From the NCBI RefSeq assembly GCF_963675065.2, contig NZ_CAXXLR010000001.1, positions 56,550 to 120,549 of the forward strand: 64,000 bases of DNA, written 5' to 3'. Positions 55,693 to 64,000 of this stretch are shown one piece after another. A program made the position numbers and the translations under genes. How positions within the stretch are numbered: position 1 is the first letter of the stretch; each line of letters starts with the position of its first letter. The notes beneath the pieces are model-generated. The model searched no databases. It saw nothing but the letters and a program-made list of their open reading frames with translations, and was not told the DNA's origin. The DNA comes from an uncultured Draconibacterium sp. Lineage in GTDB: Bacteria; Bacteroidota; Bacteroidia; Bacteroidales; Prolixibacteraceae.

Positions 55693-58155
55693 GTGAAATT
55701 AAGCGAAGCAAGAAATAATGAACCGGTGGTTATCACCAAAGTTTTAGGTCATGGTTCGTTTCGGAAGAGAATTACTGAAATGGGATTTATCCGTGGCAAC
55801 GAAGTTCGGGCCATAAAAGATTCCCCCTTTAAAGGCCCCAGCGAATACAAAATTCTGAACTACAATATTACGCTGCGGAAATCGGAAGCCGATCAAATTG
55901 AGGTTATTCCAGCGTCCGAGTTCAAAAAAACATCTACTGCCAATTACGAGGGTACTATTGATCGGAATATTGATCTTATCGACCAGTCGGCGCGTACAAA
56001 AACAATCAATATCGCATTGGTAGGTAATCCCAATTGCGGAAAAACCACGCTGTTTAATTTTATCTCCGGCTCGAAAGAAAAAGTTGGCAATTACAGTGGG
56101 GTGACGGTTGACGTTCACAAAGCCACTTTTAAAAGCGGCGGTTATACCTTCAACTTTTACGACCTGCCCGGCACATACAGTTTAACAGCCTATTCAAAAG
56201 AAGAAATTTTTGTAAGGAAGTTTATTTACGAAGAAACTCCCGACATTGTAATTAACGTACTGGATTCAACCAACCTGGAACGAAGTCTGTTTCTTACCAC
56301 ACAATTAATCGACATGGATTTAAGGGTTATAATGGCCCTGAACATGTTCGACGAGCTGGAAAAAAACGAGCTAAAACTGGACAAGGAAGAGTTGTCTAAA
56401 CTGGTTGGAATTCCGCTTATCCCAACAGTTAGCTCAAAAGGACTGGGTCTTGATTCGTTAATTGAAAAAGTGATCGAAGTTTTTGAGGGCCGAGACAACT
56501 TTTCGCGCCATATTCATATCAATTATGGAAAAGAGCTTGAAAAGTCAATCCGCACCATTCGTCAGAAAATAAAAGAAGACAAACCGATCACCGATAAGAT
56601 CTCGTCGCGTTTTCTGTCCATTAAACTGCTTGAAAAAGACAACCAGGTAATCGAACTGCTCTCGAAATACTCCAATTTCGACGAAATACAGAAAGTTACC
56701 CTGAAGGAAATAAAGAAAATAGAACTGCTTGAAAACGATGATAGCGAAACGGTTATTGCCAATGCCAAGTACAGTTTTATTACCGGTGCTTTACGCGAAA
56801 CATACAGCAACAAACACAAGGAAAAGAAAACCCAATCGGAGAAAATAGATAGTGTGTTAACCAACCGCTACCTTGGATTTCCGATATTTACCGCAATGCT
56901 GTTTTTTATTTTCTGGACTACCTTTAAACTGGGAGCTTACCCAATGGACTGGATTGATGCGGGCGTAGTGGCATTGGGCAAATTTGTGGGCAATATAATC
57001 CCCGACGGAATGCTGAACGACCTCCTGGTTGACGGTATAATTGGTGGCGCCGGAAGTGTACTGGTGTTTTTGCCCAATATCCTTATTTTGTTCTTTTTTA
57101 TATCCCTTCTCGAAGGTTCGGGGTACATGGCTCGTGCTGCCTTTATAATGGACAATATTATGCACCGCTTTGGCTTGCACGGCCGTTCATTCATTCCTAT
57201 GATCATGGGGTTTGGATGTAATGTTCCGGCCATTTTAGCAACACGTTCCATGCGAAATCGTGGCGACCGCATTCTTACCATGCTTATCATACCGTTTATG
57301 TCGTGTAGTGCGCGGCTACCGGTATATATACTTATTATTTCAGCCTTTTTCCAGAAATACGAAGCCTGGGTTTTAATTGGAATTTACGCAGTTGGAATTC
57401 TCTTTGCGTTTATTACAGCGCAAGTGCTCAATAAAACGGTTTTTAAGAATAAAGAAACACCGTTTGTAATGGAACTCCCCACCTATCGTCTGCCAACTTT
57501 CAGGAATGTGGTATACCATATGTGGGACAAAACGCAACATTACCTAAAAAAGATCGGGACGATTATTTTGCTGGGTGTTATTATTATTTGGGCACTGGAA
57601 TATTTTCCGCGAAAAACGAATAATACTGCCGGTTTTGAAGAACAAATTGAGCAGATAACAAGCTCGGAAATACCCGAAATACAAAAAGAAGAACGCATTG
57701 CTGAGGTAAACCATTCCATGGAATCCGACCGTTTAATCAACTCCTACCTTGGCCGAACCGGAAAACTCATTCAACCGATTATGAATCCGTTAGGTTTCGA
57801 TTGGAAAATGAGTATTGCCGTGGTAGCAGGTCTGCCGGCAAAAGAAATTGTGGTGAGTACCATGGGAGTGCTTTACCAATCGCAGGATGGCGAAACAACC
57901 ATCAACCTGCAGCAAAAATTACAAAACGAAGTTCACCAGTTAGGCAAACATAAAGGACAGGCAGTATTTACCACTCCTGCTGCACTGGCATTTATAATTT
58001 TTATTCTGCTTTATTTCCCGTGTATTGGTGTTGTGGCAAGCATTAAAAACGAATCGGGCTCGTGGAAATGGGCCGCGTTTTCAGTATTTTACACCACGGC
58101 GTTGGCGTGGGTAGCAGCGTTTGTAACTTATAATATAGGCATGTTATTCGTATAA
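55693..58155 (+). CDS. feoB: Ferrous iron transporter B with N-terminal FeoA domain
   Basis: FeoA-like N-terminus; GNPNCGKT, GVTV, DLPGTY, NMFD; GFGCNVP, SCSARLP. Confidence 0.95.
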   Translation: MKLSEARNNEPVVITKVLGHGSFRKRITEMGFIRGNEVRAIKDSPFKGPSEYKILNYNITLRKSEADQIEVIPASEFKKTSTANYEGTIDRNIDLIDQSARTKTINIALVGNPNCGKTTLFNFISGSKEKVGNYSGVTVDVHKATFKSGGYTFNFYDLPGTYSLTAYSKEEIFVRKFIYEETPDIVINVLDSTNLERSLFLTTQLIDMDLRVIMALNMFDELEKNELKLDKEELSKLVGIPLIPTVSSKGLGLDSLIEKVIEVFEGRDNFSRHIHINYGKELEKSIRTIRQKIKEDKPITDKISSRFLSIKLLEKDNQVIELLSKYSNFDEIQKVTLKEIKKIELLENDDSETVIANAKYSFITGALRETYSNKHKEKKTQSEKIDSVLTNRYLGFPIFTAMLFFIFWTTFKLGAYPMDWIDAGVVALGKFVGNIIPDGMLNDLLVDGIIGGAGSVLVFLPNILILFFFISLLEGSGYMARAAFIMDNIMHRFGLHGRSFIPMIMGFGCNVPAILATRSMRNRGDRILTMLIIPFMSCSARLPVYILIISAFFQKYEAWVLIGIYAVGILFAFITAQVLNKTVFKNKETPFVMELPTYRLPTFRNVVYHMWDKTQHYLKKIGTIILLGVIIIWALEYFPRKTNNTAGFEEQIEQITSSEIPEIQKEERIAEVNHSMESDRLINSYLGRTGKLIQPIMNPLGFDWKMSIAVVAGLPAKEIVVSTMGVLYQSQDGETTINLQQKLQNEVHQLGKHKGQAVFTTPAALAFIIFILLYFPCIGVVASIKNESGSWKWAAFSVFYTTALAWVAAFVTYNIGMLFV

Positions 58156-58156
58156 A

Positions 58157-58408
58157 ATGGTACAGGAAATTCTGACATACCTGATTGTTGCTGCTGCTTT
58201 CTTCTGGGCAGCATTAAAAATGTACCGTCGTTTTTTTAAACCGGCTAAAAAAGCCAGAAAAACCGATTTTAAGAAGGATAAAATAACCATGGTACACAAC
58301 TGCTCCGACTGCTCGGCAGGCGACTGTGCTTTACGGGATTTACCACGAAAGGTTATTGAGAAGAATATTGAAGAGTGCCACGACAACGCGGTACCTTCAT
58401 CACAATGA
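58157..58408 (+). CDS. FeoB-associated Cys-rich membrane protein
   Basis: N-terminal TM plus CSDCSAGDC directly after feoB. Confidence 0.75.
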   Translation: MVQEILTYLIVAAAFFWAALKMYRRFFKPAKKARKTDFKKDKITMVHNCSDCSAGDCALRDLPRKVIEKNIEECHDNAVPSSQ

Positions 58409-59050
58409 TTTTAATCCTGAAATAATTTCTTTTGGATTCCCGGCGCTAAAAACAAAACTTCCGGCAACAAGTACATCCGCTCCTTTATCGAGCAACTTTT
58501 TACCCGTTTCGTAGTTTACACCACCATCAATTTCAATCTTACAGTCACTATTTCTGTTATTGATAAGTTCCCGCAACTGAGCCACTTTCTTGAAAGTATT
58601 TTCAATGAATGCCTGGCCACCAAAACCCGGATTTACCGACATCAGCAACACCATGTCCAAATCGCCGATAATATCCTCTAAAACGGCTATTGGCGTATGT
58701 GGATTTAAACACACGCTTGCCTTGGCACCAAATGATTTTATTAGCTGAACCGTACGATGCAAATGACGACAAGCCTCGTAATGCACCGTGATAATTGATG
58801 CGCCGGCGTCAACAAAAGGCTCGATGAATTTATCCGGATCAACGATCATCAAATGCACATCGAGCGGTTTTTCTGCGATTTTTTTTACATGTTTTATTAC
58901 CGGAATCCCGAATGATATATTCGGAACAAACACACCATCCATTACATCAAAATGAATATAATCAGCTTCACTTTGATTGATCATTTCGATATCCTTTCCG
59001 AGATTGTTAAAGTCGGCCGACAGAATGGAGGGTGCTACCAAAGCTCTCAT
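58400..59050 (-). CDS. rpe: Ribulose-phosphate 3-epimerase
   Basis: APSILSADF, HFDVMDG, MSVNPGFGGQ, DGG. Confidence 0.97.
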   Translation of the reverse strand: MRALVAPSILSADFNNLGKDIEMINQSEADYIHFDVMDGVFVPNISFGIPVIKHVKKIAEKPLDVHLMIVDPDKFIEPFVDAGASIITVHYEACRHLHRTVQLIKSFGAKASVCLNPHTPIAVLEDIIGDLDMVLLMSVNPGFGGQAFIENTFKKVAQLRELINNRNSDCKIEIDGGVNYETGKKLLDKGADVLVAGSFVFSAGNPKEIISGLKSL

Positions 59051-59059
59051 AAGTTTCGT

Positions 59060-59926
59060 TTATTTACCCAGGTATGATTTTAGTAACCTGTTTCGGTATT
59101 GATTTTTTAGTTTTTTTATTGCTTTTTCTTTTATTTGACGAACGCGTTCGCGCGTTAATCCAAAAACATCGCCAATTTCTTCCAGGGTATGCGGTTGATA
59201 TCCTTTCAAACCAAAGTAATACCGCAGAATTTCCGCCTCACGTTCTCCCAGGGTAGACAATGATCGTTCAATTTCTTTACGAAGTGAATTATCCATCAGC
59301 TCTCCGTCTGGATCCGGTGAATCTTCGTTTAGCATCACATCATATAAATTATTCGCATCCTCTTCACGAAGAGGGGCATCCATTGATACATGTGTACTTG
59401 AAAAATTCATAGAATCCTCTACCAAATCCGGTTTTGACTCCATTAATTCTGCCACTTCGTCAACAGTGGGTTCGCGCTGAAATTCCTGCTCTAACTTATT
59501 AAATGCTTTGTTGATTTTATTTATCGAGCCAATTTTATTCAAAGGTAAACGAACAATTCTCGATTGTTCGGCCAAAGCCTGAAGTATCGATTGGCGAATC
59601 CACCATACGGCGTACGATATAAATTTAAATCCGCGGGTTTCATCAAAACGTTCCGCAGCTTTTATCAATCCTAAATTTCCTTCATTTATTAAATCCGGCA
59701 GACTTAGCCCCTGATTTTGGTATTGTTTCGAAACGGAAACAACAAACCTGAGGTTTGCTTTTATCAGCGTTTCCAAAGCTTCGCGATCACCTTTTTTTAT
59801 GCGTTTGGCTAACTCCACTTCTTTCTCCGCAGACAACAACTCTACCTTCCCAATTTCATGCAGGTACTTATCCAGCGAGAGGGTGTCGCGATTAGTAACC
59901 TGTTTGGTAATTTTTAGTTGTCTCAT
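59060..59926 (-). CDS. rpoD: RNA polymerase sigma-70 factor, Bacteroidetes SigA/RpoD type (no region 1.1)
   Basis: [40 protein letters not shown]. Confidence 0.9.
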   Translation of the reverse strand: MRQLKITKQVTNRDTLSLDKYLHEIGKVELLSAEKEVELAKRIKKGDREALETLIKANLRFVVSVSKQYQNQGLSLPDLINEGNLGLIKAAERFDETRGFKFISYAVWWIRQSILQALAEQSRIVRLPLNKIGSINKINKAFNKLEQEFQREPTVDEVAELMESKPDLVEDSMNFSSTHVSMDAPLREEDANNLYDVMLNEDSPDPDGELMDNSLRKEIERSLSTLGEREAEILRYYFGLKGYQPHTLEEIGDVFGLTRERVRQIKEKAIKKLKNQYRNRLLKSYLGK

Positions 59927-60092
59927 ATATTGATATTGTTAACATTAATCCTTTTGAAAAATGATATACTCTATAATAATATTACATTTCGGGGATAAAA
60001 GTAACACTCAAAACTGAATAAATTTACCATTAAATTTATCATTATCAACTAAAACACGAAAATCAGTCAACTGTTCAACTGCATATCTCCTT

Positions 60093-61406
60093 TCAATTCG
60101 GCTGATTCAGAAGATAACTTTTAAAAACAGCATACTCACTGGTCATCTGCTCACTTTGTTTTTCGCCCTTCATAAAGGCGGCAAGCTTTTCAGGCAACTC
60201 AACTTTGCCTTTTCCAATAACCTTCTCCACAGTTTCAGTGAACTTTGCCGGATGTGCTGTTTCCAAAAAAACACCAATTTCATTTTCCGACAAATATTCG
60301 CTTAACGACTGATACCCACATGCTCCATGCGGATCGCATAAATAGTTGCATTCGTTGTAAACCTTCAAAACAACTTCCCTGATTTGCTTATCAGAATAGC
60401 GGTAACCTTTAATTTTTTGGGCAACTATCGCATGTTCGTTTTTGTACAAATCGAGAATACGCGCAAAGTTGCTCGGTGCCCCCACATCCATAGCATTGGC
60501 AATGGTCTCAACCGACGGGCGAGGTTTATACTCTCCGCTGTTGAGGTATTCAAAAACCACATCGTTTTCGTTATTAGCTGCAATAAATTGTTTTACCGGC
60601 AATCCCATTTCTGCTGCAATCAATCCTGCCGTAAGGTTTCCAAAGTTTCCGCTGGGCACTGAAACAACCAATTGGTTACTATCGAGTTTCCCTGCTTCTT
60701 TCAGGCGGGCATAAGCATTAAAATAATAAAATGCCTGCGGAAGAAAACGAGCAACATTTATTGAGTTAGCCGATGTAAGTACCAGCTTTTTATTCAGTTC
60801 ATCATCGAGGAATGCCGTTTTCACCAAGTGCTGACAATCGTCGAAAGTTCCGTCAATTTCAAGCGCTGTAATATTCTGCTTCAGTGTTGTAAACTGCGAT
60901 TCCTGAATATCACTAACTTTTCCTTTTGGATAAAGTACGTAAACATGAATGCCATCAACGCCCAGGAAACCATTGGCAACAGCACTTCCGGTATCGCCCG
61001 ATGTGGCCACCAAAACGTTTACCAATTTCTCTTGTTTGCCTAGAAAATGATTCAGTAAACGCGCCATAAAACGCGCGCCAACGTCTTTAAATGCCAGTGT
61101 TGGCCCATGAAACAGTTCCAGGGAATAAATAGAATCGGCAACTTTTACAACCGGACAATCAAACTGTAACGTATCGTAAACGATCTCCTTTAATTTAGCC
61201 TCTTCAATATCTTCGCCAAAGAATTTCTTTGCCACTTCAAAAGCAATTTCCTGAAACGACAGGTTTTGAATGTTATCAAAAAAAACAGGCTCGAACTTTT
61301 CAATCCGCTCGGGCATAAACAATCCGTTATCGGCTGCCAATCCTTTTACAACTGCTTCTTTTAAAGAAACATCAGGTGTATTTCTATTTGTACTATAATA
61401 TTTCAT
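60093..61406 (-). CDS. thrC: Threonine synthase
   Basis: LELFHGPTLAFKD, ATSGDTG, PSGNFG, TAHPAKF. Confidence 0.97.
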   Translation of the reverse strand: MKYYSTNRNTPDVSLKEAVVKGLAADNGLFMPERIEKFEPVFFDNIQNLSFQEIAFEVAKKFFGEDIEEAKLKEIVYDTLQFDCPVVKVADSIYSLELFHGPTLAFKDVGARFMARLLNHFLGKQEKLVNVLVATSGDTGSAVANGFLGVDGIHVYVLYPKGKVSDIQESQFTTLKQNITALEIDGTFDDCQHLVKTAFLDDELNKKLVLTSANSINVARFLPQAFYYFNAYARLKEAGKLDSNQLVVSVPSGNFGNLTAGLIAAEMGLPVKQFIAANNENDVVFEYLNSGEYKPRPSVETIANAMDVGAPSNFARILDLYKNEHAIVAQKIKGYRYSDKQIREVVLKVYNECNYLCDPHGACGYQSLSEYLSENEIGVFLETAHPAKFTETVEKVIGKGKVELPEKLAAFMKGEKQSEQMTSEYAVFKSYLLNQPN

Positions 61407-61603
61407 CTCATTTCAATTATAACTTTAGGGGCATTCGATGGAACTCGCACAATACTATCGATCTACGTGAAAAATTGGTTTATAAGCTCGTTTCATTTCT
61501 GTGCACAAAAATATAGTTTTGGTTTTAAGGATTTATTCCTGACACCACAAAAACATGACATATATCAGAAACTTAACATCTTTTGATACCTATAAATGGA
61601 TAT

Positions 61604-62809
61604 TTATTTCAAAAATTCACGAATAAATTCGTCACCTTTTAAAGTTCCCAAAATGCCTTTGCGCGGATCGAATTCATCGTAAACTTCAACTTCATCGGCT
61701 TTAGCACCCGGTTTGTAAATGGTAAACGGCACGGCATCGCGGGTATGTGTTTTTAGTGCACAGGGTGTTGGATGATCAGGCAAAATAGCAATTGCCACTT
61801 CCTCGTCCATTTTTGCCGTTTCTTCCAGAATGTATTTTACCACACGTTGATCGAGGTATTCAATGGTTTTTGTTTTTAGCTCCACATCTCCTTCGTGGCC
61901 GGCTTCATCACTGGCTTCGATGTGTAAATACACAAAATCATTTTCTTTCAGCACTTCAATTGCAGCCTGTGCTTTTCCTTCGTAGTTGGTATCGTATAAA
62001 CCGGTTGCACCTTCAACATGAATTACTTTCATTCCGGCATACACGCCAATTCCATGAATCAGATCGACAGCTGAAATTACCGCAGAATTTTCAATACCAA
62101 ACATTTCCTTTAACGTTGGCATGGCCGGTTTATAACCCGGCGACCAGGGCCAAACACAGTTAGCAGGGTCTTTTCCAGCCGCTTTGCGCTTAAGGTTCAC
62201 CGGATGTTCTTTTAAAAGTTCCTGTGATTTTAAGATCAAATCAGTAACCAAATCAGCGGTTTCTTTTGCTGCGTCGGTTTTTGCTTTTGGCAAACAGTCG
62301 GCAAATGGTGATCCCGGCACATCGTGCGGCGGAGTGAAAGAAAAATCTTTTATACCATCTTTTATCACCAGCAAATGACGATACGAAACGCCCGGATAGA
62401 ATTTTATTTTATCTGTTCCCAGTTTCTCATTAAGATATTGAATTAGTACTTCTGCCTCTTCAGTTGAAATATGTCCCGCCGAGTGGTTTTTAATCTTCTC
62501 ATCTTCAACGCAAATCAGGTTGCAACGCATCCCCATGTCTCCGGGCTGTAATTCAACCCCCATGCTTGCAGCTTCCAGCACTCCCCTGCCTTCAAAAACC
62601 GTTTCAACATCGTAGCCCATTACGGCCATGTTTGCAATTTCGCTACCCGGATGCATACTTTCCGGTACGGTTTTTAATAAGCCCGACTGGCCGTTTTTTG
62701 CCAGCCAATCGATATGTGGTTTTTTTGCCATTTGCAGCGGAGTTTTTCCGCCATAAGCAGCGAGTGGCTCGTCGGACATGCCATCGCCAAGTATAATTAT
62801 GTGTTTCAT
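61604..62809 (-). CDS. apgM: Cofactor-independent phosphoglycerate mutase-like protein (proposed homoserine kinase, TIGR02535 type)
   Basis: GDGMSD, PGSE, EASDEAGH, PDHPTP; between thrA and thrC; probable ATG at 62809. Confidence 0.85.
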   Translation of the reverse strand: MKHIIILGDGMSDEPLAAYGGKTPLQMAKKPHIDWLAKNGQSGLLKTVPESMHPGSEIANMAVMGYDVETVFEGRGVLEAASMGVELQPGDMGMRCNLICVEDEKIKNHSAGHISTEEAEVLIQYLNEKLGTDKIKFYPGVSYRHLLVIKDGIKDFSFTPPHDVPGSPFADCLPKAKTDAAKETADLVTDLILKSQELLKEHPVNLKRKAAGKDPANCVWPWSPGYKPAMPTLKEMFGIENSAVISAVDLIHGIGVYAGMKVIHVEGATGLYDTNYEGKAQAAIEVLKENDFVYLHIEASDEAGHEGDVELKTKTIEYLDQRVVKYILEETAKMDEEVAIAILPDHPTPCALKTHTRDAVPFTIYKPGAKADEVEVYDEFDPRKGILGTLKGDEFIREFLK

Positions 62810-62917
62810 TTTGTTCAGTAAATAGCAGAAGACCAATCTCCGGTGACAGCAGTTGGCAACCGATCTTCAATGTTTTTTTATTGTCTTTTATAACAATGCT
62901 TTTAGCGGCATTTTGTT

Positions 62918-64000
62918 CTAGATGTTCGACACTTTTATTAAATCGGCAAATACTCCGGCTGCGGTTACAGAAGCTCCGGCACCGTATCCTTTTATCAGCA
63001 TCGGGAATTCATGGTAGCGTTCGGTTGTGTACATTACCAGGTTATTGCTTCCTTCCAGGTCGTAAAACGGATGCGTAGAATCAACCTCCTGCAATCCGGC
63101 TTCGGCTTTACCATTTTCGAACTTAGCCACAAAACGCCATTTTTTATTTTCAGCTTCAAGTCGCTGACGCTGGATTTCAAATTTGGCATCCAACTCCGAA
63201 ACACCGGCCCAAAACTCATCGAGTGTACCGGCAAAAAGTTCTTCGGAGACAAAACGGTTGATCGAAATATCATCCATTTCAATACGATAACCAGACTCGC
63301 GGGCAAGAATCAAAATTTTACGAGCCACGTCAACACCACTTAAATCAACACGAGGATCGGGTTCTGAATAACCTTCTTCCTTGGCCATTTGAATGGTTTT
63401 ACTCAATGGAATATCAGCCGAAATTGTATTGAAAATATAGTTAAGCGTACCGGAAAGAACAGCTTCAATCCGCAACACTTTATCGCCCGAATTTACCAAA
63501 TCATTAAGTGTATTAATAATTGGCAAACCTGCACCAACATTGGTTTCGAAAAGAAATTTAATCCCTTTCTTTTTGGCGATTTTTTTCAGTTCGGCATAAT
63601 TATCGTACTCCGATGAAGCGGCTACTTTATTGGCCGTAACAATGGAAACGTTGGAACTTAAAATTTCATTGTAAAGATCAGCAACTGCATCGTTGGCCGT
63701 ACAATCCACAAACACAGAATTGTAAATATTCATCTCCTTGATCTCGTCAACAAACCCCTGCAACGAAGATGTTTTCTCTGAAGCATCCAACTGCTCTTTA
63801 AAGGAATCAATTTCAATTCCATCGCGGTGAAAGAGCATTTTTTTTGAGTTGGCAATTCCGGCCAACTTCAATCGCAGGTGATTTTCTTTTAAAAGACGTT
63901 CTTGTTGTTGCTTTATCTGCTGAAGCAGGTTTCCTCCAACAGTACCAATCCCCATGAGGAAAATATTTAGCTCCACATTCTCCGACAGGAAGAACGATTC
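62918..64000 (-). CDS. thrA: Bifunctional aspartokinase/homoserine dehydrogenase, C-terminal part (runs off the window)
   Basis: GIGTVGG, VTANK, ETNVGAGLP, EPDPR.DLSG.DVARK, GAG..VTA. Confidence 0.95.
   Translation of the reverse strand, partial: ESFFLSENVELNIFLMGIGTVGGNLLQQIKQQQERLLKENHLRLKLAGIANSKKMLFHRDGIEIDSFKEQLDASEKTSSLQGFVDEIKEMNIYNSVFVDCTANDAVADLYNEILSSNVSIVTANKVAASSEYDNYAELKKIAKKKGIKFLFETNVGAGLPIINTLNDLVNSGDKVLRIEAVLSGTLNYIFNTISADIPLSKTIQMAKEEGYSEPDPRVDLSGVDVARKILILARESGYRIEMDDISINRFVSEELFAGTLDEFWAGVSELDAKFEIQRQRLEAENKKWRFVAKFENGKAEAGLQEVDSTHPFYDLEGSNNLVMYTTERYHEFPMLIKGYGAGASVTAAGVFADLIKVSNI

Noticed and set aside
59060-59926. sigma70 as the island's alternative stress sigma
   Set aside because: It lies outside the island among core genes and looks like the Bacteroidetes housekeeping-type sigma.
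62810-62915. Possible threonine attenuator or riboswitch between thrA and apgM
   Set aside because: The site is internal to the operon, with no Thr/Ile-rich leader or recognisable structure.
714-63616. Numerous 60-200 aa ORFs overlapping larger genes (for example 714-1085, 9306-9743, 17379-18023, 31450-31947, 50961-51164)
   Set aside because: Antisense or alternative-frame shadows of well-supported genes, with no recognisable motifs.

Overview
Bacteroidota chromosome segment, probably Prolixibacteraceae/Marinilabiliales (inferred from TAnnTTTG-type -7 promoters, a short Bacteroidetes-type sigma70 and a thrA-apgM-thrC operon). Chromosomal-looking genes lie at both ends: ablB, a small Cys protein, a wHTH protein and a Na+:solute symporter on the left; tRNA-Arg(ACG), feoB, rpe, sigA and thr genes on the right. 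Between them is a ~52 kb accessory region bounded by the intact tRNA-Arg(ACG) (54295-54371) and a same-orientation degenerate tRNA-Arg(ACG) 3' half with a similar terminator (2100-2144). It holds (i) a GH130 paralog and an acyltransferase pair, (ii) a sugar-acid/tetrose catabolic cluster (DerI-like RpiB, DhaK, DhaL, GntP, beta-propeller, GarR) beside a decayed tyrosine integrase with its own tRNA-derived att, and (iii) a ~39 kb general-stress cluster (CsbD x3, YtxH, lmo0937, holin-like, OmpA, SPFH, CbpA/M, Csp, VIT1, GT4s, PIG-L, GH130, GH100-like, B12 radical SAM, CheB-CheR-PAS, two histidine kinases). Main finding: 16 copies (14 intact, 2 degenerate) of a 39-bp element, AATGTGTGAA-TGATGTAA-N13-TTGTGTAA. 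Its two boxes are 21 bp apart, and in all 14 intact copies the second box starts exactly 30 bp upstream of a -7-like element. This is the geometry of an AraC-type class II activator site, and the island encodes two HMA-like/AraC paralogs (CxxC versus SxxC). It looks like a self-contained AraC-driven general-stress regulon. Family names come from motif recognition by eye; no database searches were run.
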